A DNA stretch of 32,000 bases, from contig NC_000854.2 of NCBI RefSeq assembly GCF_000011125.1, positions 570,001 to 602,000 on the forward strand, written 5' to 3'. Positions 8,241-14,795 of this stretch are shown here, in pieces. The stretch is from Aeropyrum pernix K1. GTDB lineage: Archaea > Thermoproteota > Thermoprotei_A > Sulfolobales > Acidilobaceae. A program made the position numbers and the translations under genes. Each line of letters begins with the position of its first letter. Positions within the stretch are counted from its first letter, which is position 1. Below the pieces are notes generated by a model. The model saw only the letters and a program-made list of their open reading frames with translations. It was not told where the DNA came from and searched no databases.

Positions 8241-8330
8241 TCTATACTCTATCACCTATACTCTAGAGTGGTAAGCTTTATTAGGTTCCGTTATCATTCT
8301 ATACTCTAGAACCTAGAGTATAGGTGATAG
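8241..8330. promoter_or_regulatory. Operator array in the divergent promoter: four copies of CTATACTCTAG plus an 18-bp inverted repeat
   Basis: Motif copies lie at 8242-8252 (10/11 match), 8256-8266 and 8299-8309, with an inverted copy at 8313-8323. The last two form a palindrome with a 3-nt spacer. The perfect 18-bp inverted repeat CTATCACCTATACTCTAG (8249-8266) / CTAGAGTATAGGTGATAG (8313-8330) abuts the GTG start at 8331. Confidence 0.6.
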
Positions 8331-8576
8331 GTGTTGGGTGGGGTTCGCCTTATTACCCCCGCGGCTCAGATTCTCCTTGCACTAGCTAGGGCCGACTCTC
8401 CTCTGAGCTATGGAGAGATAGTAGAGATAACGGGGCTCCCGCCTGCAACCGTTGACCTGAACGTCAAGAAGCTACTAGCTGAGGGTTTGGTTGAGAGGCG
8501 TGGTAGGAGGTATGTGCTGACTGCTGCTGGCCGGGCTAGGGTTGAGAGTTTGATTGCTGAGGTTGTCGGGGGGTGA
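8331..8576 (+). CDS. Small winged-helix DNA-binding protein
   Basis: 81 aa. LSYGEIVEITGLPPATVDLNVKKLLAEGLVERRGRRYVLTAAG fits HTH plus wing. Confidence 0.65.
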   Translation: MLGGVRLITPAAQILLALARADSPLSYGEIVEITGLPPATVDLNVKKLLAEGLVERRGRRYVLTAAGRARVESLIAEVVGG

Positions 8577-8582
8577 CTGGCT

Positions 8583-8834
8583 GTGGCTAAGATTGTTGTT
8601 TATAGTGTTGAGGAGTTTAGGCGGGCTCTGTCTAGGCTTGCCCGTCCTCAGACTCATGTTATCGTCTCTGACGGGGCTACGAGTATAGTTGCGGTTCCTA
8701 GGACTACCTCTCGCCACAGGCACTACCTCCAGTATTCCAGCACTAGCGTGGAGGAGATCGGCAGTCTCGTGGAGCATGCTAGGAGGGAGGGGTTCGAGGT
8801 TATCCTGGGTCATGTGCAGGAGGTGGCTGGCTAG
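8583..8834 (+). CDS. Hypothetical small protein (element-borne)
   Basis: 83-aa ORF, tightly packed in a same-strand array. Its stop overlaps the next start. No motif is recognised. Confidence 0.5.
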   Translation: MAKIVVYSVEEFRRALSRLARPQTHVIVSDGATSIVAVPRTTSRHRHYLQYSSTSVEEIGSLVEHARREGFEVILGHVQEVAG

Positions 8835-9262
8835 TGGGGCTGGGGGAGGTTGCCGCCGAGGTGGAGAGGCTCCTGGGTAGGGTTGAGGAGGTTAGGCTTG
8901 AGGTGCTGAGGCTGCTGAACGCCCTGCCCTACTCGAACTGCACCCTCGACTACAGGTGGGTTAGGAACTCCAGCGGCGCGAAGTACTGGTACTGGTACGC
9001 CGTCTGCATCGTGGATGGGAGGCGGAGGCACGTCTACCTCGGCAAGGCCCCGGGGGAGCGTGTCAGCGAGATTGAGAAGGCGGGGAGGGCTAGGCGCCTG
9101 ATAGTACTGCACCGGCGCCTCCTCAAGGCCCGGAGGAGGCTGAAGGCCGCCGCGGACCGGGCGGAGAGGGTTCTCGACGCAGCCCTGCGGGATGCGAGGG
9201 AGGCGCTCGAGGAGGCCGAGCAGGCCCTGGCCAGGCTGAAGGAGGAGACCGCGAGGGTGTGA
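8834..9262 (+). CDS. Hypothetical protein with an aromatic YWYWY segment and a C-terminal coiled coil
   Basis: 142 aa. GAKYWYWYAVCIVDGRRRHVYLGK is followed by an Arg/Ala/Glu-rich helix. This pattern is common in archaeal virus and plasmid ORFs, but no firm family assignment is possible. Confidence 0.55.
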   Translation: MGLGEVAAEVERLLGRVEEVRLEVLRLLNALPYSNCTLDYRWVRNSSGAKYWYWYAVCIVDGRRRHVYLGKAPGERVSEIEKAGRARRLIVLHRRLLKARRRLKAAADRAERVLDAALRDAREALEEAEQALARLKEETARV

Positions 9263-9269
9263 CCCTGGG

Positions 9270-9509
9270 GTGGCTGTAATGGAGATAGAGGTGGTGGTCA
9301 CCACAGGCCGGGGACGCGGTATGAAGATATACTCGTTCAAAGCCCCGCCCAGCATGATCGCCGAGTTCGACAGGCTAGCGAGGCAGGCGGGGCTGACGCG
9401 GAGCGAGGCCATCAAGCTGTTGATAAAGCACGCTGTAGCCAACCCGGAGCTCCTCCGCCGCCTAGCAGGCCGCAACGTGCCGCGCAATACAGAGCTCACG
9501 CCATTCTAG
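9270..9509 (+). CDS. Ribbon-helix-helix (CopG-like) DNA-binding protein
   Basis: KIYSFKAPPSMIAEFDRLARQAGLTRSEAIKLLIKHAV fits strand-helix-helix. Confidence 0.65.
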   Translation: MAVMEIEVVVTTGRGRGMKIYSFKAPPSMIAEFDRLARQAGLTRSEAIKLLIKHAVANPELLRRLAGRNVPRNTELTPF

Positions 9510-9521
9510 GGGTGACATTGG

Positions 9522-9803
9522 ATGGCTGTGCTGACGAGACGCGAGTTCCTCCTAGGGGTGCTCTGGCTAGGACCCCGCACGGCGGGCGAGGTGGTGGAGC
9601 TCGCCAAGGTGTACAGCGGCAGAGGCCCAGCACTATTCTCCCCGGAGGATGTTGAGAAGGCCGTGGAGCACTTCCTCGTAGCAGGCCTTGCGAGGCTGGA
9701 CAGTGGGGGTAGGCTTGTCCTAGAGAGGGAGAGCCTCCACCCGGGCCTTCGGGAGGCGGCGGAGCATGCGGCGAGGGAGGTGGAGAGGCTGTGGAGGAGG
9801 TAA
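9522..9803 (+). CDS. Hypothetical small protein, possibly winged-helix
   Basis: 93 aa. GPRTAGEVVELAKVY ... VEHFLVAGLARLDSGGRLVL. It overlaps the next ORF by 13 nt. Confidence 0.5.
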   Translation: MAVLTRREFLLGVLWLGPRTAGEVVELAKVYSGRGPALFSPEDVEKAVEHFLVAGLARLDSGGRLVLERESLHPGLREAAEHAAREVERLWRR

Positions 9804-10021
9804 CCATACTCTACGGCCGCCGGGGCAGGAGGAGGGCTGAAGCCCTCGCCTGGTTCTTCGAGAGGCTCGGACTCAGGGTCGTCCTAAGGGAGGATGGCGG
9901 GGAGGGAGTTAGTGTTAAGTATGCGGGGGTCTGGTGGGAGGATCCCGACGAGGCCATCCGCCACATAGTGTCGCGGCGCTACACAAGGCGGGAGGCCCCC
10001 ACGCTGTTCGACGCGCCCTAG
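9791..10021 (+). CDS. Hypothetical small protein
   Basis: 76-aa ORF in the same-strand array. No motif is recognised. Confidence 0.45.
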   Translation: MEEVTILYGRRGRRRAEALAWFFERLGLRVVLREDGGEGVSVKYAGVWWEDPDEAIRHIVSRRYTRREAPTLFDAP

Positions 10022-10034
10022 GGGGTGGTCTGGC

Positions 10035-10361
10035 TTGGCGGGCGTGGACTACAGGCTCCAGCCGTACCTGCCAATCCTCAACGCCTTAACTCCAGCCCAG
10101 GCCAAGGCCTGGGATTATTTGGTGGAATATGTGAGGGCAACGGGCCGCATATGCTTCAGCTACAATACTCTGGCCCGCTACTGGCCTGCAGCGCAGACTA
10201 AGATCAATATTCAAACCCTCGACCGCCGCCTCAGAGAGTTCGCCCAGCTACGCCTCCTAGAGAGGAGGGAGATAAAGAAGGATGGCAGGCGGAGGGCGAG
10301 AACCATCTTCTGCCTGCCCGAGGACCTCGCAAGCTTTTACCTAGACGCCGGGAGGGGGTGA
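10035..10361 (+). CDS. Hypothetical protein with a C-terminal winged-helix-like segment
   Basis: 108 aa. FSYNTLARYWPAAQTKINIQTLDRRLREFAQLRLLERREI. Its stop overlaps the next start. Confidence 0.55.
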   Translation: MAGVDYRLQPYLPILNALTPAQAKAWDYLVEYVRATGRICFSYNTLARYWPAAQTKINIQTLDRRLREFAQLRLLERREIKKDGRRRARTIFCLPEDLASFYLDAGRG

Positions 10362-10612
10362 GAATGGTGCTCAGCGTGAGCTTCACAGGCAGGATAAGCA
10401 AGCGTAGGGGGCAGGTGTTGGTGCTCCTCCCCCGCGACTACTGGCAGCTCTTCCAGGGGCTCAGGGGTAAGAAGGTGAGGGTTAGGGTCGGGGAGGTGGA
10501 GTACACTGGCAGGATCACGGTTATCGAGGAGAGAGTGTACGTCTCGCTTCCTTTTTCGGCTCTGGCCCTGAGGGAGCGTAGCAGGTACCACCTTATCCGC
10601 CTGGAGGTGTAG
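10358..10612 (+). CDS. Hypothetical small protein, possibly AbrB/SpoVT-like beta-barrel
   Basis: 84 aa with a repeated beta-hairpin-like pattern (GRISKRRGQVLVLLP ... VRVRVGEVEYTGRITVI). This is the last gene before the tRNA fragment. Confidence 0.45.
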   Translation: MRMVLSVSFTGRISKRRGQVLVLLPRDYWQLFQGLRGKKVRVRVGEVEYTGRITVIEERVYVSLPFSALALRERSRYHLIRLEV

Positions 10613-10683
10613 GTTATGAGAGTGGTTGAGAGGCTTGGAGCTCCACACAGCTATACGCCTGCTAAACACGCCTACACCGGGCC

Positions 10684-10733
10684 CCGCCCTTACACGGCGG
10701 AGGTCCGGGGTTCAAATCCCCGCGGGCCCACCA
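10684..10733 (+). tRNA. 3' partial tRNA-Val(UAC): anticodon arm, variable loop, T arm, 3' acceptor strand, CCA (att-type duplication or 3' half gene)
   Basis: CCGCC-CTTACAC-GGCGG (anticodon TAC at 10691-10693), AGGTC, CGGGG-TTCAAAT-CCCCG, CGGGCCC-A-CCA. The matching 5' strand GGGCCCG and a D arm are absent from the 150 nt upstream and from the sequence downstream. Confidence 0.8.
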
Positions 10734-10895
10734 AAACTCGATTTCATTCTGTTTCATGCTGTCTTGTCTAGACTGTTGTAAATCCGCAGCAACGCTGTAC
10801 TATTGTCTTGTAGCTAAGAAAACGCAACATTATAACTTGGTAGGTTGAACCCTCTTAATAGCAGCTGGATGTGAGAGTCTATCCTTAGCTCTACA

Positions 10896-11150
10896 TCACA
10901 ATATTTTAATAGGGAATTGGGTTGCTAGTCTATCTGCCGAGAATGCATTATCGACAACTAGTTTGGCGATATCGGGGCTATCTATAGTGTAGCTATATCT
11001 GAGGTTAATAAGGCGCTCTATACCTCCTCTGTAGACTTTCACAGAGACGATTATCTGTCTCAGCGTTCTTTGTTTTCGAACTGCATCTATCATTGTTTTG
11101 TAAACCCGGGTGTATCCCCCTCTTACCGTTCTCGAGGTATTTCCGTCCAT
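10896..11150 (-). CDS. Hypothetical ORF in decayed AT-rich DNA (doubtful)
   Basis: 84-aa ORF with no motif. Its reading frame stays open upstream of the ATG, which suggests a gene fragment. Confidence 0.25.
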   Translation of the reverse strand: MDGNTSRTVRGGYTRVYKTMIDAVRKQRTLRQIIVSVKVYRGGIERLINLRYSYTIDSPDIAKLVVDNAFSADRLATQFPIKIL

Positions 11151-11463
11151 AAGAACTACCGTGGCCTCTAGGCTCGTGTTGGGGGCAGAAACACTAAGCT
11201 GTATCTTTCTGTATTGGACTGTATCTTTCTATACCGCGTAGAGCTATTAGATAGGCTGATGTTGAATGCCTATCTAAGCCATATCTCTTCGTTATGTAGC
11301 TCATATTGGGGAATCCCCAATAAAACTTATAAGGCTTGAAGTTCATAAACCTAACCCCGGTGACCCCGGGGTTCCCGAGGGAAGCCCCCAGGGGCTTCCG
11401 TAGGCGGCCCCGGGGAGACCGTGATGAACCCAGCCGTGCCCGACACAACCTGCTATAATATTG

Positions 11464-11717
11464 TTACATGAAGGCACGGTTTGGGTGAACGGTTAAGTAG
11501 TCCCTGTATTTCATGTAAAACTGTGGTATGCTGGACTTGGATCCATAGACTTTTCCTAGTGGTGTGTGAATGTACACTGCATAGCCGTGCCTGACTAGCC
11601 ATTTTAGGGAGTCCTGCACTCTCTTCAAAGGGAGCTCTACGGCCCTTGCTATAAGGTCTGGAGGCGGGGGGATTCCTCTATTATTTCTAGAATCCTTCTA
11701 TGCCTGCTCATCTCCAT
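11464..11717 (-). pseudogene. Frameshifted small winged-helix protein gene
   Basis: My translation gives MEMSRHRRILEIIEES in one frame, then PPPDLIARAVELPLKRVQDSLKWLVRHGYAVYIHTPLGKVYGSKSSIPQFYMKYRDYLTVHPNRAFM* in the next. The switch falls at a run of six G (plus strand 11666-11671). One extra base would restore an 84-aa ORF. Confidence 0.5.
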
Positions 11718-11839
11718 TAAGAACTTTACAACTTCAGGCCTGATCCCTCCCCTTCTTCGCGAAGTCGTATGGAGGTATTTCCGTTAGCTTTATCCCCAGT
11801 GTGGCTGCTATCCTAAGCTTGTATAGTTTAGCATAATGT

Positions 11840-12685
11840 TTAGAGTGAGGGGGTGTTGGATCTTGTCTTAACGGTTTCAATCAGCATGGTCCACGCCTTA
11901 GGTGCTTCGTAAGGTATAACCATGTAGATAGGCTTGACCAGCCTGCTCCAGTCCCTGTTATAGTCTACCCGGAATGCCAGCATACCCCGCTCTATAATAG
12001 GTATGTCGTGGCTGCTGTCTCCGGCCGTCACCACCACCTTGGCACATGGCCTGAGCAGGGGCTCTTGGAGCGCAGCGTCTATAGCCATCCCCTTACCTCT
12101 ATGGGCAGCTATCTGTACAGTCCTCGGAGCCCTGTGGACGTAGGTTAGCTCCCTATACCTAAGGGCCGTGCTGAGTATAGTGTCTAGGCATTCTTGGCTT
12201 CTGCTCCAAATAACCTCGAGATACTCCCTCCGGGCGGCCAGAGCGGCCCTTTCTCGAGGCAGGCCGGTTATCAGCTGGGCCTCCGTGGCGTCGGCTTTCG
12301 AGAGTCTTACGGCCCCGCATGTTTCGGCCAGCGAGTCCAGGAGGGCGTCTATGCTGGCCAGCGGCTTGCCCAGCGCAGTATACTCCAGGCCCACCTCGCT
12401 GTTGAAACCCGTAGGCCTCGCGAGGCTCCCCCGGGGGCCGTATATCGCGCCGCCAGACTCGGCTAGGGCTATCCTCTCCCCCGGGGGAACGCCTATAGAG
12501 TCCCAGAGCTCAACTATCTCGTATATGCTCTTAGAAGTGACGGGGACAACCCTGTATCCCAGATCCAGCGCCTCTAGATACACTTCCCCAGCCTCCCCGG
12601 CCTCTCCCCCGGGGCCTACGAGTGTGTTGTCTAAATCTGTGAAGATAACTCCGGAGCAGGGCCTCGCCTCCAAGGCTTGCCCCAC
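11840..12685 (-). CDS. mpgP: Mannosyl-3-phosphoglycerate phosphatase (HAD-IIB)
   Basis: HAD motif I FTDLDNTL, motif II VTSKS, motif IV GDSSHDIP. TGLPRERAALAARREY resembles characterised MPGPs. It lies 20 nt downstream of mpgS on the same strand. Confidence 0.85.
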   Translation of the reverse strand: MGQALEARPCSGVIFTDLDNTLVGPGGEAGEAGEVYLEALDLGYRVVPVTSKSIYEIVELWDSIGVPPGERIALAESGGAIYGPRGSLARPTGFNSEVGLEYTALGKPLASIDALLDSLAETCGAVRLSKADATEAQLITGLPRERAALAARREYLEVIWSRSQECLDTILSTALRYRELTYVHRAPRTVQIAAHRGKGMAIDAALQEPLLRPCAKVVVTAGDSSHDIPIIERGMLAFRVDYNRDWSRLVKPIYMVIPYEAPKAWTMLIETVKTRSNTPSL

Positions 12686-12705
12686 TCTATCCTAGGGAGA
12701 GCATG

Positions 12706-13890
12706 CTAGACGGCGAAGTAGTAGCTGTCGCTACTCTCTGCTATGAAGGAGGCGAAGACTTTCTTAGGGTCTGTTCCGGCAGGCCTGTATGTAGAGGGTT
12801 TTGGGGGCTCCTCGGCAAGGCCTAGGCTCTTGAGCTGGTCGAGTATCCGGCTCTTCACCTCCTCGCTGGCGAGGGAGGAGTGGAATATTGTGCCGAGGCT
12901 TACAGCTGTCATCTCGGCAATGTGCTCGTCGCCCCTCTCAGCATGTATATGGGGGTTCAGGGGGGACACCTGCCTGACCTCTATGTAGTCGGGCGCTATG
13001 GGGCACTTGCCCGCCTGCAGTCCTAGGTAGCAGTTCTCCAGCATCCACACCAGCTGGTACGTCTCCACGGCGAAACCACTCCCCCAGTTCATCTCCATAC
13101 CGAGCTTTACCGTGAGGGCCTGCTCGCCCGAGTTTCCGGTCTTTATTATGTCGGTCTCTATCCTCTTGTAGATTGAGAGGGTGTAGTTTAGCACGCCGTT
13201 GGTTATAGTGGAGACCCTCCCCCTCTTCCTGAGGTACATGTCGCTCGCCGCCAGCTTCCCCTTATAGGGCCAGACTATCCTCACCATGGAGTAGCTACTT
13301 GTAGCCCTAGACAGGGCCGAGTAGTATATCCATGAATACTCGAGGGCCGATCCGGGAACGTAGTTATCGCTGTCAACATAGCCCACAAAGTCTGCGCCGA
13401 GCGCCGCCGCGACTATGAAGCCCAGCAGCATACCCTCCCCCTTCCCCTTCCTAACCCTACCACTGGCGCCCACCATGCTCTCAAGGGGTGTCCCCGAAAG
13501 GGCTTCACTCCAGGCAGGGTCGAACTGGTAGACTATAGCTATATCACGCTGCAGGCTCCTACTTATCAGCCGGGCTAGCTCCACCTCATTAGAGAACCTG
13601 TCTACAGGCTCCCTTGTAGAAGCTGAGACAACAACCACCGGCGACTCAGTAGGTATAGAGCGGAGCACGTTCTCAAGTGTAAGCAGGTCCTCATCCTTCA
13701 CAGGAACAACTATAACCGTCCTAAAGGCGGCGTCCTCAAGCTCGCCCCGATCAACATAGACAAGGTTAGTTGGCCTGGACTTAGGCCGCCCGTCTAGGGA
13801 TAGTACCCGGCTAACATCATAAATCCTGACGGCGCCGAACACCTCGAACTTTGCTGGGAGGCTCAGCATCAACCCTCTAAACCACCCCAC
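12706..13890 (-). CDS. mpgS: Mannosyl-3-phosphoglycerate synthase (GT55)
   Basis: The hallmark blocks shared with the Pyrococcus enzyme are present: KGKGEGM, VDSDNYVPGSA, MVRIVW, RGRVSTITN, TGNSGEQALT, LNPHIHAERGDEHIAEM and EEPPKP. At 394 aa it has the same length class. Confidence 0.93.
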   Translation of the reverse strand: MGWFRGLMLSLPAKFEVFGAVRIYDVSRVLSLDGRPKSRPTNLVYVDRGELEDAAFRTVIVVPVKDEDLLTLENVLRSIPTESPVVVVSASTREPVDRFSNEVELARLISRSLQRDIAIVYQFDPAWSEALSGTPLESMVGASGRVRKGKGEGMLLGFIVAAALGADFVGYVDSDNYVPGSALEYSWIYYSALSRATSSYSMVRIVWPYKGKLAASDMYLRKRGRVSTITNGVLNYTLSIYKRIETDIIKTGNSGEQALTVKLGMEMNWGSGFAVETYQLVWMLENCYLGLQAGKCPIAPDYIEVRQVSPLNPHIHAERGDEHIAEMTAVSLGTIFHSSLASEEVKSRILDQLKSLGLAEEPPKPSTYRPAGTDPKKVFASFIAESSDSYYFAV

Positions 13891-14143
13891 ACAGACGCTG
13901 GCAAGCCCCGGGAAGATGATGCACGGCTAGTTTCCAAGGAGATTAACGCATCCCGGGGCTTAGGCAACCAGAGCCCAGCCAGCACAACCCCTATTTAATA
14001 GGTAGCCCGGGGTTCTTAAAGAAGACTCGAAATAGTTGCCGGCAAACCGTACACAGCCACACTGAAGGAAAACGATTATAAGGAAAGCAGAATATATTTC
14101 GCTGAACCACTATAACCACCAAGGGATGCTACGAATAGAGCAG

Positions 14144-14222
14144 GGGCCCGTAGCTCAGCCAGGACCAGAGCGCCGGCCTGCGGAGCCGGAGGTCCCGGGT
14201 TCAAATCCCGGCGGGCCCGCCA
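14144..14222 (+). tRNA. tRNA-Arg (anticodon GCG), CCA encoded
   Basis: GGGCCCG-TA-GCTC-AGCCAGGACCA-GAGC-G-CCGGC-CTGCGGA-GCCGG-AGGTC-CCGGG-TTCAAAT-CCCGG-CGGGCCC-G-CCA folds into a full cloverleaf. Confidence 0.95.
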
Positions 14223-14256
14223 CATCTTAACAACCTTTCTATTGAATTTTAACCTG

Positions 14257-14727
14257 CTATTGTTCACATTGTTCCTGGTACGCTTTTAGATTTAACTTCT
14301 TTAAGGCCTCATTTATTATCTTATCCGATATTCTGAACCCGTGTTCTTTAAGTTCTCTTAGCGCTTGAATTAGCTTATCCTTACTTATAAGTCCTTTACT
14401 ATAGGCTAGTCGTAAGAGGCCTATGGTTCCAATGACCTTTAGATTCATGGATTTTGCTTTTGATCTTGCGATTCTATCGTCTAGGGCTAACATACAGCCA
14501 TGCTCTACTGCTAGTGCTATTGCCTCTGACTCGCCTTTACCTAGAGGATCGTGAAGTGCCTCTACCAATGCCCTATTCTTTGGAGCCAAAACCTCTACTT
14601 TACCCTGATTTATAAGGGTTTCTAGCTCCTTTGAACCAGGCCTACCACGGCCTTTAGTGACGACCTCCTCGTAAACTGCATGAGGCACTGTTATCTCTAT
14701 ATTAAGAACTGAAATTATATTTGTCAT
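14257..14727 (-). CDS. PIN-like nuclease of the DUF3368/COG2405 type (toxin), N-terminus displaced by a 7-bp duplication
   Basis: VPHAVYEEV ... LGKGESEAIALAVEHGCMLALDDRIARSKA ... VIGTIGLLRLA is typical of COG2405. The expected N-terminal strand (MNSSVIIALAEIN) is encoded at 14773-14735 in another frame. Confidence 0.75.
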   Translation of the reverse strand: MTNIISVLNIEITVPHAVYEEVVTKGRGRPGSKELETLINQGKVEVLAPKNRALVEALHDPLGKGESEAIALAVEHGCMLALDDRIARSKAKSMNLKVIGTIGLLRLAYSKGLISKDKLIQALRELKEHGFRISDKIINEALKKLNLKAYQEQCEQ

Positions 14728-14734
14728 TTGTCAT
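14721..14734 (-). repeat. 7-bp tandem duplication (plus strand TTGTCAT x2; gene strand ATGACAA x2) interrupting the PIN gene
   Basis: Read directly from the sequence. Removing one copy fuses ATG 14773 in frame with the 14727 ORF, giving 170 codons. Confidence 0.8.
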
Positions 14735-14795
14735 ATTTATCTCTGCGAGCGCTATTATGACGCTTGAATTCATTACTAGGCAGTGACTCGGCAGG

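Larger units (their letters stand above)
1..10733. mobile_element. Right-hand part of a composite integrated element / genomic island targeted to tRNA-Val (left end outside window)
   Basis: Composition differs from the flanking core genes. Cargo is RM, repair, an ATPase operon and many small DNA-binding proteins. The block ends at a 50-nt copy of the 3' part of tRNA-Val(UAC) at 10684-10733, which has no 5' acceptor strand or D arm. No integrase is present in the window. Confidence 0.45.

Noticed and set aside
8831-10669. Long minus-strand ORFs (8831-9499, 9496-9807, 10337-10669; 222/103/110 aa) opposite the small-gene block
   Set aside because: They are Pro/Arg/Gly-rich low-complexity translations, typical of antisense frames in very GC-rich coding DNA. 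The plus-strand genes have recognisable folds and coupled junctions.
11199-11230. 12-bp direct repeat CTGTATCTTTCT (11199-11210 and 11219-11230), tested as a duplication that might have split one gene into ORFs 11194-11448 and 10896-11150
   Set aside because: Removing the 20-bp unit does not bring the two ORFs into the same frame. I kept it only as a small repeat in decayed DNA.
11194-11448. 84-aa minus-strand ORF
   Set aside because: Its N-terminal half is the translation of the GC-rich palindromic element (Arg/Gly/Pro-rich). There is no motif, so I treat the region as non-coding or decayed.
12168-12695. 175-aa and 90-aa plus-strand ORFs inside mpgP
   Set aside because: They are Ser/Arg/Pro-rich shadow frames opposite a gene with clear HAD motifs.
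13905-13960. Possible C/D-box sRNA (GATGATG at about 13917) flanked by the GCCCCGGG / CCCGGGGC inverted repeat
   Set aside because: There is no canonical RUGAUGA C box and no CUGA D box at the right spacing. The region is more likely the mpgS upstream region with a genome-typical CCCGGGG palindrome.
14076-14267. 63-aa minus-strand ORF
   Set aside because: It is the antisense translation of the tRNA-Arg gene (…RDLNPGPPAPQAGAL…), not a protein gene.
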